From Myxococcota bacterium (lineage in GTDB: Bacteria; Myxococcota_A; Polyangia; Nannocystales; Nannocystaceae): a stretch of 64,000 nt of DNA. Below, piece after piece: positions 1 to 9,435 of the stretch. Each line of letters starts with the position of its first letter. Positions within the stretch are counted from its first letter, which is position 1. The notes under the pieces were generated by a model, which saw only the letters and a program-made list of their open reading frames with translations, had not been told where the DNA came from and ran no database searches. The stretch covers positions 160,001 through 224,000 of the forward strand of contig JBCCWC010000004.1 of the NCBI GenBank assembly GCA_039194325.1, given 5' to 3'. Made by a program: the position numbers and the translations under genes.

Positions 1-350
1 TGGAGCTTGGCCAGCACGAAGCCCTGCGGATCTTCACCGTCGGCCACCGCCTCGGTGAACAGCGAGCGCACGTCGTAGTCGATCTGCTGGAAGCGCTCCA
101 CGTAGTGCTCGTGCTGGCGCTCGATCTGTTCGAAGCGGACCTCGGGGTCGAGGTTGCCCTGGCCGTCGACCCGAGCGGTGACCAGCTTGCGCAGGAACGA
201 GCGGACGAACGCCTTCTCGCGGAGGTCGAACTCGGAATCGATGTACCCGCAGGTCGTCAGATAGAAGATGACCGCCTCGATCTGGCGTTCGGCGATCCCG
301 GGGTCTGGGCTGAGCTGGATCATCACGGGGTCCCGGCTGCTGGTCGGCAT
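1..350 (-). CDS. 5' part of a protein running off the window edge; TerB-like N-terminal domain, resembling myxobacterial metallophosphoesterase fusions
   Basis: Not in the ORF track. Manual translation from ATG 350: MPTSSRDPVMIQLSPDPGIAERQIEAVIFYLTTCGYIDSEFDLREKAFVRSFLRKLV..., open to position 1 with GC3-rich codons. 'GYIDSEFDLREK' resembles the TerB motif. Confidence 0.6.
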   Translation of the reverse strand, partial: MPTSSRDPVMIQLSPDPGIAERQIEAVIFYLTTCGYIDSEFDLREKAFVRSFLRKLVTARVDGQGNLDPEVRFEQIERQHEHYVERFQQIDYDVRSLFTEAVADGEDPQGFVLAKL

Positions 351-593
351 GCGGCCGAGCCTGGCTCGGCCCGCCGAGGATAGTCCGACCGGCGCCCGCA
401 CGCTCCCCAGGGCGGCACCCCGGACTCACCGCGCGAGAATGTGGCCCCCGAGCCCCCGCACCGGCACTCGACCGACCGCGAGCGAACGCGAACAGATGAG
501 GTCGCACACGGTCGCTGCGCCAGGATTGACCGCGATTTGCCGCTTTTGGCATAACCATGGGGCAGGCCGCGACTTCGGCCGCCGAGGTTCCGC

Positions 594-800
594 ATGCGAA
601 AGACCGTCGCTCTAGTGGCCGCCCTGATGGCGCTCCCCGCCGCTTCTTGCTCGTACGGCGCCATGGTCGTGCACCCCAACGGGAAGATCTACATCCAGCG
701 CCACGACTACTTCCTGTTCGGCGCCCTGCGCAAGCTCTATGAGTGTACGCCCGACGGGAGCGGCAACGTCACCTGCATCAACATGGCGGGCCGGCCGTAG
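594..800 (+). CDS. small lipoprotein
   Basis: MRKTVALVAALMALPAASC is a signal peptide with a lipobox Cys. Two more Cys are present and codon usage is typical. Confidence 0.7.
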   Translation: MRKTVALVAALMALPAASCSYGAMVVHPNGKIYIQRHDYFLFGALRKLYECTPDGSGNVTCINMAGRP

Positions 801-819
801 CGCGTTGCGGGGACCGAGC

Positions 820-1332
820 GTGCGACGGAGGGTCTTGGCCGCGACCTTCGTCGGGCACCTGGGCGCCGCGGGGCTGGTCGCCGCGGGGCTGGTCGCCGCG
901 GGGCTGGGCGGCTGCGCAGACCGGGCGGAGGAACCCGCGCCCGGCTCGTTTGCCACCCCGCGCGAGGACGACCCGCCGCTGGTCGAGTCGTGGCGCCTGC
1001 CCCCGGGCACGAGCCCTTTGCGCAGCGGTGACCTGGGATCGACCCCGGTCGAACTATCGACCGCGCTGATGCTCGATCATGCCGCGGCCGGGATCAGCCA
1101 CCGGATCGCCCGCCGCTGCGCGGAAAAGGGTGCGCTGGCGAACGTTGGATCGCTCGCGCTACGCTTCTCCGTGGGAGCCGGCGGCACGGTGGGCGCGATC
1201 GAGGGCGATCCGGCCGGGCCAGCCGCCGCGTGCACCGTCAAGGCCCTACGGGCCGAGCTTTCCGCACGGCCGCCCATGCCCGCGGGCGCTGCGCTGATGG
1301 TGCTGCGCTTTTGGGTCGAGCCCGGGCCATGA
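820..1332 (+). CDS. lipoprotein with a degenerate AgmX/PglI (TonB-C-like) C-terminal domain
   Basis: GTG 820, basic plus hydrophobic leader ending LGGC. C-terminal 'IARRCAE..GSLALRFSVGAGGTV..AAACTVKAL' pattern. A 15-bp triple repeat (AAGLV) lies in the leader. Confidence 0.5.
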   Translation: MRRRVLAATFVGHLGAAGLVAAGLVAAGLGGCADRAEEPAPGSFATPREDDPPLVESWRLPPGTSPLRSGDLGSTPVELSTALMLDHAAAGISHRIARRCAEKGALANVGSLALRFSVGAGGTVGAIEGDPAGPAAACTVKALRAELSARPPMPAGAALMVLRFWVEPGP

Positions 1333-1420
1333 TCGCAGACGAGCTTCGAAGACGGGCCTCGGCCACCTCGGCCCGCTCGTGCGGTGGAAGGCCCCCGGGC
1401 TTTCGGTTAGCCTGGCCATC

Positions 1421-2344
1421 GTGCGCTGTCGTGCGTACCAGCTACCGTCCGAGGTCTACCGCGAGATCGAGACGCAGATCTTGCAACAGCTTCGCGACGG
1501 AGATCTCGACCAGCTCCGCCACTTGCTGGGCGACCACGATCTCGAGGTCGAGCTGCTGAGCGGGGAGTGGCGCGTGCTCTTTGCCACGCTCGCCGACTAC
1601 TTCCAGGAGGTCGACCACGAGCGACGGATCGCCCGCATGGCGGTCAGCCCCGACGAGCTCGCGGAGTTCGTGGAGGTCTTGCGCGACCCCGGGCGGCGCG
1701 AGTCATGGCGCCCGATCTCGTTCGGCCTGGCCGAGCTGACCGACGCGCTCCCGGCCAACTGCGATCTGGTGGGCGTGGTGTTCACCGAGGAATCCGACGA
1801 CTGGCTGTGGGCCGAGCCGGTGAGCGAGCTGGTGGCGATCCGCCCCGAGGTCTATGCCCTGCTCGCGCCGCACCTGCGGGCCCTGATGGACGCGGGGGAC
1901 TTCGCCGCCCTCGCCCGCCTCGCCGAGGATCACTGCGAGGGCTGCGTGGAGTTCTCGTCGCACCAGTGGAGCGTGCTGATGAAGCACTCCGGCGAGCGGG
2001 TACCCGAGCTGCTGTCGGTCTACGAGCAGCGCCTGTCCGAGCCCGACGACTACACCAGCATCCTCGAGGCTCTGTCCCAGGTGGCCGACCCCCGCTACCA
2101 GCCCAGCCTCGACGCCTGGCTGCGCGTGCACTCGAGCACGGCCCAGTACGCGCTCTACTTCCGCGACGCCAACCTCGAGCGCCGCGAGATGGAAGGTTCG
2201 GGCCTGATCCGGCTCTCCGAGTTCGGCATCGAAGACGCGATCACCCAGCGGATGCCCGCGATCCAGGTGGAGGGGGTCGAGCAGGCCGAGGTGGTACGAC
2301 CACCGCACGGGAGCTCGTCGGGGTCGGACAAGGGCGAGTCGTAG
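1421..2344 (+). CDS. acidic hypothetical protein
   Basis: Long ORF with strong GC3 bias; likely start GTG 1421 (MRCRAYQLPSEVY...). No recognised motif. Confidence 0.7.
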   Translation: MRCRAYQLPSEVYREIETQILQQLRDGDLDQLRHLLGDHDLEVELLSGEWRVLFATLADYFQEVDHERRIARMAVSPDELAEFVEVLRDPGRRESWRPISFGLAELTDALPANCDLVGVVFTEESDDWLWAEPVSELVAIRPEVYALLAPHLRALMDAGDFAALARLAEDHCEGCVEFSSHQWSVLMKHSGERVPELLSVYEQRLSEPDDYTSILEALSQVADPRYQPSLDAWLRVHSSTAQYALYFRDANLERREMEGSGLIRLSEFGIEDAITQRMPAIQVEGVEQAEVVRPPHGSSSGSDKGES

Positions 2345-2359
2345 ACGGGCGGAGGCTGC

Positions 2360-2513
2360 TGCCGAGGGCTTCGGCCAGCTCGATCGGAGAAGTGAAGACC
2401 TCGAGCAGCTCGGGCGGATTGCTCTGATGCTCGAGCACGACATAGAGCGAGATCGGCCGATCGGATCCAGCAATGGCGATCGAGTAGAGGGGCGATCGAG
2501 TAGAGGATGTTGC
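2360..2513 (-). pseudogene. remnant of an Rpn/YhgA-like (Transposase_31) recombination-promoting nuclease
   Basis: Removing the 16-bp tandem duplication (2475-2490 / 2491-2506) gives NILYSIAIAGSDRPISLYVVLEHQSNP-PELLEVFTSPIELAEALG. 'LYVVLEHQS' is the Rpn signature. Confidence 0.55.
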
Positions 2514-3073
2514 CCGGCTTAGACGTGAAGATGCGATCGGTGGGACCTGCCCGCTACAAACAATGGAGACGTCTTCGAGCTAGACCCCAAAGCACACTGC
2601 GACGGTCCATCAAGAGCAATAGATAAACGTGGTTCCTCATATGCGCCCCCCACCCGTGAGCGCCGAACCGCGAGCGCAACACGAACGCTGGACATTCGCA
2701 CACCGGATCGATTTGTTCCTACACCTGACCTCGATATTGCCGTGCCAACGAGAATGACCGCTGCCATCTCAGTTGCAGCCATCTAAAGTGACGCTGGATG
2801 CTCCAGGCATACGCATATACCTATAACCATTGAGAACAGAGAGGTGGAACGACCGTTGCTGCGACAATCTCGACAAGGGCACTCTAAGTAACAGACACAA
2901 AAGTATTCATTCGAATGACAAGCGACAGAGCGACATCATCCATTCGAATAACGCTCCCATCGACACCCTGACAGCAAGATCGTTCGATCAACACGGACCA
3001 GGACTCCTTTGCTTTTGCTTACCTGTCGACCATGTCGACATTACACACAGCCCCACAACAGAAACACAACGTC

Positions 3074-3664
3074 ATGACCACCAATCAATCCACCCTTCAT
3101 AGTATCGGCCTCTCCTTGAGCCTCTTCATCGTCGGCGCCTCCGTCTACGGCTGCGACCCCGGCGATGAAGGCGACTCCACCAGCGCCGGGGATACGTCCC
3201 CCGGAACCAGCAACGGTAATAACGGCGACGAGGGCAACGAAGACGGCGGCGAGGGCAACGACGACGGCGGCGAGAGCGACGACGACGGCGGCGAGGGCAA
3301 CGACGACGGCGGCGAGGGCAACGATGACGGCGGCGAGAGCGGGACCGACACCGACGATACCGACGACTCCGCAGGCATTGACTGCATGATCATCCGCGAG
3401 GAATGCAACGGCCACAGCAATGACTTCCCTGGCTGCGTCGACGACCACCCAGAATGCTTCGAGTGTTTCGATATGTGGGTCTGCCAAGAATTTTCACTTG
3501 AGGAAGACTGCCCAGACATATTCGATAGTTGCGAACATCCGGGATACGATCTCTCGTGCAAAGAGGCCGAGGCATGGTGCCAGCAAACCGTAGAAAACGA
3601 AGCGCTTCTCGGCGAATGTGTCTATTGGATCGGTGGCCCAGACTGCAGAAAGTCTCAGCGGTAG
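3074..3664 (+). CDS. lipoprotein with D/G/E-rich linker and Cys-rich C-terminal domain
   Basis: Hydrophobic leader ending VYGC, DDGGEGN repeats, about 10 Cys in the C-terminal domain. Confidence 0.75.
   Translation: MTTNQSTLHSIGLSLSLFIVGASVYGCDPGDEGDSTSAGDTSPGTSNGNNGDEGNEDGGEGNDDGGESDDDGGEGNDDGGEGNDDGGESGTDTDDTDDSAGIDCMIIREECNGHSNDFPGCVDDHPECFECFDMWVCQEFSLEEDCPDIFDSCEHPGYDLSCKEAEAWCQQTVENEALLGECVYWIGGPDCRKSQR
3221..3340 (+). repeat. 21-bp coding tandem repeat (about 5.7 copies, GACGGCGGCGAGGGCAACGAC)
   Basis: Directly visible; encodes (DGGEGND)n. Confidence 0.9.
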
Positions 3665-3844
3665 CCCTCAGGTTGACTCCGATGGACGAGGCCGCCAGAT
3701 CGACACTCCAGCGTCGATCTGGCGGGCCACGCACAAGCACGATCGCTACCCCCGCGTCCTCAATCCCGCCCGATGCCGGCGATCCCGCGGCGTTGAGCAA
3801 GCCAACGCTGACTCTAACCCTTCCCGAGTTGGAAGGGGCGCCCC

Positions 3845-5623
3845 CTACTCCACTCTCATTGGCACCATCGTCAGCGCCCCGGCGTCGCCGCTGGCCTGCA
3901 CGACTTCGCGCAGCGTCCCCGCGGCCTCACGCCACCGCTCGAGCCCCGCGTCGACCCGGTCCCGAGCGGTCACCCGATCGCTGTTGTCGGGCCCACCCGA
4001 CAATAGCTGCGCCAGCATCCCCTTGCTCAGGGGAAATGTACGCAGCTCGACGTCGGCGTCCTCGTCGATCCCCGCCTCCTGCTTGGCCAGGGCGATCGCG
4101 GTGGGCAACCCCCCCAGCACATCCACCAGCCCCTCTTGCTGGGCTCGCATCCCCGTCCACACCCGCCCCCGAGCCACCCGCTCGACCTCCAGCAACGACA
4201 TATCGCGACCGTCGGCCACCCGCTGCTTGAAGTCCGCGTAGGTCTGGTCGAGCGAGCGCTCCAGATGAGCACGACCCTCGGGACCGTCGGGATCGAGCGT
4301 GTTCCAGGTCGCCGCATTGGGTGAGGTCTGCACGAAATCCCAGGTGACCCCCACCTTGTTCCATACCCCGCGGGTGGCCAGCTTGAACGCCACCACCCCG
4401 ATCGATCCGGTGACCGTCGATGGCTGCGCAACGATCTTGGTGGCCCCCGCAGAGACGTAGTAGCCGCCCGAAGCGGCATAGTTGCCCATGCTCACCACCA
4501 CCGGCTTGCCCGCCTCGCGAGCCTTCTGGGTGGCCCGCCACATGGCATCAGAGGCGACCGCCGAGCCCCCCGGGCTGTTGACCCGAAACACGATCGCCTC
4601 GACCTCGGGATCCTCGACGGCGGCCGTAAACGCCGCAACCACGGTCTGTGCCCCCATGGAGCTCTCGCGCTCGATCGGATCGTAGTCGCCAGGCCCCCGC
4701 ACGATGCCCCCGTTGCCGTGGATGATCGCGATGACCGAGCCCTCCGCCCAGGCCCGACCCGCGCGCTCGAGATAGGCCTCCGGATACAGCCGCTCGGCCT
4801 CGCCCCCGACCCGCTCTTGCACGGTGGCGAGCATCTGGTCGCGGTAGGCCAGCCCGTCGATCAAACCATGCTCGAGCGCCTCGGCCGCCAGATAGGGCCC
4901 TTGCTCGATCACCGCCCGAGCCCGCGCCAGATCGTCACCCACGCGCGGAGCGATCGCCGACACCAGCTGGGCGTGCATGTCGGCCAGCATCACCTCGGTC
5001 TGCTCCCGCGACGCGGCGCTCATGTGACGCTCGGCGTAGGTCTCGTAGAACGACTTGTACTCGGAGCGCCGACCCCCCTGCGGCACCGCGTCGACCATGT
5101 CGAAGGTGCCCCGCAAGAACATCCTCTCGCTGCGCAGACCCGCCAGCCCTAGCTCACCCGAAGGCTGGAGGTAGATCTCGTCGAACGCGGTGGCCAGGTA
5201 GTACCCCTGAGTACCCGGCCCGGCCCCGCCCATGGTCTCGGCAAAGGCGATCGCCGGCTTGCCCGCGGCGCGAAACGCCACGATCGCGTCGCGTAATTCC
5301 TCGACGTGCGCCATGCCGTGCGACGTGCCGTCGATGTATGCGACCACCCCAACGACACGCTCGTCGTGAGCACCACGCTCGAGCGCCTCGACGACCTGCA
5401 GCCAGGTGAGCCCAGAACCCCCGGTGAGGAGCGCCAGAGGATCGTCGCTGCCCGGGTTGGCCAAGGGCCGATCGAGGCGCAGCTCGAGGATCGTATGCTC
5501 GGCCACCCGGTCGCGCGTGACAAAGGTGCAGGTGACCACCGCCCCCATCGCCATGACCAGCACCGTGGTGACGATGCCGATGATGGTGAAGAGCGTGGTC
5601 AGCCGCTGTCGCGTCTTGCCCAT
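3845..5623 (-). CDS. sppA: signal peptide peptidase SppA (S49 family, long form)
   Basis: N-terminal TM segment; motifs YYLATAFD, EYKS, RVNSPGGS, YAASGGY, TGSIGV, GRVWTG. Confidence 0.93.
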   Translation of the reverse strand: MGKTRQRLTTLFTIIGIVTTVLVMAMGAVVTCTFVTRDRVAEHTILELRLDRPLANPGSDDPLALLTGGSGLTWLQVVEALERGAHDERVVGVVAYIDGTSHGMAHVEELRDAIVAFRAAGKPAIAFAETMGGAGPGTQGYYLATAFDEIYLQPSGELGLAGLRSERMFLRGTFDMVDAVPQGGRRSEYKSFYETYAERHMSAASREQTEVMLADMHAQLVSAIAPRVGDDLARARAVIEQGPYLAAEALEHGLIDGLAYRDQMLATVQERVGGEAERLYPEAYLERAGRAWAEGSVIAIIHGNGGIVRGPGDYDPIERESSMGAQTVVAAFTAAVEDPEVEAIVFRVNSPGGSAVASDAMWRATQKAREAGKPVVVSMGNYAASGGYYVSAGATKIVAQPSTVTGSIGVVAFKLATRGVWNKVGVTWDFVQTSPNAATWNTLDPDGPEGRAHLERSLDQTYADFKQRVADGRDMSLLEVERVARGRVWTGMRAQQEGLVDVLGGLPTAIALAKQEAGIDEDADVELRTFPLSKGMLAQLLSGGPDNSDRVTARDRVDAGLERWREAAGTLREVVQASGDAGALTMVPMRVE

Positions 5624-5713
5624 GAGCGGATGGTACGGAAAAACCGGGGCTTCGACCCCGCATGCGCCCACGGAGTTTCGACGACCACCCGCAGCGTCGC
5701 GGGCGCAACCCGG

Positions 5714-6601
5714 TCACCGCCGCCGCTTGCGCGAGCTCGTGGTGTTCAGTAACAACGGCAAGGCGTCGCCCAGATGGTCGAGCAGCGCCCGAACCCGGGC
5801 CGCCTTGCGCAGATCGGCATGGGTCAATAACCAAAGCCCCACCCCGCGCTCGGGCAACGCCATCAGGCAACGCAGCCCCGCCTGACGCTCGGCTACACAC
5901 ACGGGCAACACCGCGGCCCCCATGCCCGCCCGCACCGCCTCGAGCGCGAGCGGATAGTCGTTGACCCGAACGCCCAGCACCGCGTCGGGCCAACGCTCGT
6001 GATACCAGCGGGGCACCGGGCGACCATCGTCCAAGCCCACATAGGGCAGCGGCGAGTGACGAGCCCGGCGAGCACGCGGACCATAGAGCGCCACGTCAAG
6101 GGTGCCGATCCGTCGACCGACCGCCGACTGCGGCGGAGCATCGGTCACCCGGATCGCGACGTCGGCCTCACGACGGGTGAGATCCACGTGCCCATAGCTG
6201 GCAACGAGCTCCAGCTGGATGTCGGGGTATCGCCCCACGAACTGGGCAAACGCGGGCATGAGCAACGAGGTGGCCAGCAGGTAGGGGATCGCCACCCGCA
6301 CCGTCCCGAACAACCGGGAATCTCGGCCCGCGATCGACCGCGTGAGCCCCTGGATCTCGGCCTCGGCCCGCTCGGCCACGTCGTGCATCTGCTGCCCCGC
6401 CGCGGTGGGCACGAGCCCGTCGGGGGTGCGCTCGATCAACGCGACCCCGAGCGCAGCCTCGAGCGCCGCTATACGCCGTGAAGCGGTCGAGTGGCTGATC
6501 CCTAGCGCACGCGCACCCCCCAAGAACGAACCCGCACGGAGCACGGCGAGAACGGTTCGAAGATCGTCCCAGCTGGGGTCATCGTGCCCTGCGCTGTGCA
6601 T
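5714..6601 (-). CDS. LysR-family transcriptional regulator
   Basis: HTH 'WDDLRTVLAVLRAGSFLGGARALGISHSTASRRIAALE'; 'DLTRREADVAIR'. Confidence 0.93.
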   Translation of the reverse strand: MHSAGHDDPSWDDLRTVLAVLRAGSFLGGARALGISHSTASRRIAALEAALGVALIERTPDGLVPTAAGQQMHDVAERAEAEIQGLTRSIAGRDSRLFGTVRVAIPYLLATSLLMPAFAQFVGRYPDIQLELVASYGHVDLTRREADVAIRVTDAPPQSAVGRRIGTLDVALYGPRARRARHSPLPYVGLDDGRPVPRWYHERWPDAVLGVRVNDYPLALEAVRAGMGAAVLPVCVAERQAGLRCLMALPERGVGLWLLTHADLRKAARVRALLDHLGDALPLLLNTTSSRKRRR

Positions 6602-6631
6602 GCATGCACAATATACTCTCATTTTTACGCA

Positions 6632-6645
6632 TTGATGCGCATCAA
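6632..6645. promoter_or_regulatory. perfect 14-bp palindrome TTGATGCGCATCAA, candidate LysR operator
   Basis: Lies in the short AT-rich gap between the LysR gene and its divergent neighbour. Confidence 0.45.
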
Positions 6646-6666
6646 CGCACAGTCATCATCAAAGAC

Positions 6667-7095
6667 ATGACCACCGCGACCTCCCCGAGCCCTACCCCCA
6701 ACGCGACCCACGCCGACGCCCTCACCGAGGTCCGCCAGGCAAGCACACGCTGGATCGCCGCGTTCAACGCCGGCGACGTCGATGCCTGCGTCGCCGGCTA
6801 TACCCACGACGCCATCATGGAAGCCCGCCCGATCGGACGCCGCATAGGGCGAGCCGAGATCGACGGGTTCTGGCGCCCGTTCATCGCCGATGGAGCCGGG
6901 GACCTCGTGTACCGCGACGTGCACCTACAAGCGATCGACGCGACCACCGTGGAGCTGAGCGCGTCGTGGTCGATGAACGTGGGCGCGGGCGTCATCACCT
7001 GCGAGCGCTGGGTCCGGCAAGACGACGGACAGTGGCGCCTGATGTTCGATGCCTTCGAGATCCAGCAGCGCTTCGAAAACACCGTCAAGATGTGA
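6667..7095 (+). CDS. SnoaL/DUF4440 (NTF2-like) protein
   Basis: 'WIAAFNAGDVDACVAGYTHDA...GRAEIDGFW...WVRQDDGQWRL'; divergent from LysR. Confidence 0.85.
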   Translation: MTTATSPSPTPNATHADALTEVRQASTRWIAAFNAGDVDACVAGYTHDAIMEARPIGRRIGRAEIDGFWRPFIADGAGDLVYRDVHLQAIDATTVELSASWSMNVGAGVITCERWVRQDDGQWRLMFDAFEIQQRFENTVKM

Positions 7096-7115
7096 TCGAT
7101 GCTATGTGAGCCCCC

Positions 7116-7982
<867 letters not shown>

Positions 7983-8215
7983 GGGGAGCGCGGTGAGCGA
8001 TCGGTGATTGGGGTTGGGTGAGTTTGGGTCCTGAAAGAGGCGACCTTGGGGGGTGGGTGCGGCAGGCGAGGGGTGCGCGGTTTTGGTGGGTGCGGAGCGA
8101 AATGATCCGCTCGGTCTGGTGACAAGGAGTGTCGGGAGGCGCGGGATTCCCTAGTGATCGCGGGGGGCCAACGTGCGAAGATGCCAACGCCCGAAGCGCT
8201 TTCGGGCTGGTCACC

Positions 8216-8887
8216 ATGTCCGCGCTGTCGTCCATCGTCCTCGCGACGTTGCCCCTCGTGGCCCAAGCCCACGCCGGGCTGCCGTCTTCCGCCCCCATCC
8301 TCGCGGCCGCAACCGCCCCCGCAGGAGAGGCCGCCACGCCAGCGGAAGAAGAGAAAAAGGCCCGGCGGCCGCGTCGCGAGAAGGGGATCGTCATGCGCGG
8401 CTTCGGCAAGACCGGCACGGTCGGGCTACCCGGTGTAGGCGTGGGCGGCGGGCTGAGCGTGGGCTGGCTACGCAAGCGCTTCCGACTCGATGTGCTCGGA
8501 GCCGGCCAACTCAACCGCACCCAGTGGTACCCCGGCGGCACCGTGGGCGGCGACTTCTCGCTGTGGCGCATGGGCCTGCGAGCCTGTGGCGTGTTCGGGA
8601 GCGGACGGATCGTCACACCGATCTGCGGCGGAGCCGATGGCGGCCTGGTCACCGCAACCGGCGTAGGCGTCGACACACCCCGCACCGAACGCCAACCATG
8701 GGGCTCGGTCTTCGCCGATATCGACATGGCCTGGTACGTCACCCCACAGATCGGCCTGGTGGTCACTAGCCGCTGGCTCGTGCCCCTGGTGCGCCGCAAC
8801 TACTACGTCGGCGAACGCGGCACCCTGGTCACCACGCCACCCTTTGGCGTGGAGATCGGCGCGGGCATCGAGCTGGTGCTCCCCTGA
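8216..8887 (+). CDS. secreted or outer-membrane hypothetical protein
   Basis: Signal peptide ending AQA-HA; amphipathic beta-strands; C-terminal 'GVEIGAGIELVLP'. Confidence 0.6.
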   Translation: MSALSSIVLATLPLVAQAHAGLPSSAPILAAATAPAGEAATPAEEEKKARRPRREKGIVMRGFGKTGTVGLPGVGVGGGLSVGWLRKRFRLDVLGAGQLNRTQWYPGGTVGGDFSLWRMGLRACGVFGSGRIVTPICGGADGGLVTATGVGVDTPRTERQPWGSVFADIDMAWYVTPQIGLVVTSRWLVPLVRRNYYVGERGTLVTTPPFGVEIGAGIELVLP

Positions 8888-9000
8888 CCGAGCATCTGTG
8901 CCGATCCTTCCTGATTCGCGATCTTATTGAGCTCCGCGGTACCGATCGACCCTGTCGACCCTCGGGCGCTCGCTCGCCCGTCGCTATGAGGTGTGTTCAG

Positions 9001-9405
9001 ATGAAACGCAGCGCATTCGTAATCCTCGGGCTGCTGTGGGCCAGCGCGCCCGCATGCGGGCTGGACGACGTCTGCATCGGTGAGTGCGACGGTCCGGCAC
9101 AGGACACCGAGGCCGATACCGATGGCTCGGCCAGCCAGGGCACCATGTCGGGGCCGACCAGCGGAACACCCACCACAGGCAATCCGCAACCCACCGACGG
9201 ACCGGCCGACGCCAGCGACACCGAGACCGAGAGCAACGCCAGCACCGCCACCGACTCGAGCACCGAGAGCAACTCCGGCACCGCCACCGAGAGCAACTCC
9301 GGCACCGACACCGACTCGGCCTCCGCTAGCGGAACTGATTCAGGCACCACCGGCGGAAGCAGTGACTCAGGCACAGGTTCCACCAGCCGTACGTCTGTGA
9401 CGTAG
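9001..9405 (+). CDS. Ser/Thr-rich lipoprotein
   Basis: MKRSAFVILGLLWASAPAC lipobox, CIGEC, long S/T/D tail with a 24-bp repeat (TESNSGTA). Confidence 0.7.
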   Translation: MKRSAFVILGLLWASAPACGLDDVCIGECDGPAQDTEADTDGSASQGTMSGPTSGTPTTGNPQPTDGPADASDTETESNASTATDSSTESNSGTATESNSGTDTDSASASGTDSGTTGGSSDSGTGSTSRTSVT

Positions 9406-9435
9406 TCAGCCCGAAGCCACGGGCGAGGCCGACCG

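Noticed and set aside
7983..8130. G-rich tract as a functional G-quadruplex
   Set aside because: It continues the G-skew of the preceding gene end in a GC-rich genome, and there is no independent support.
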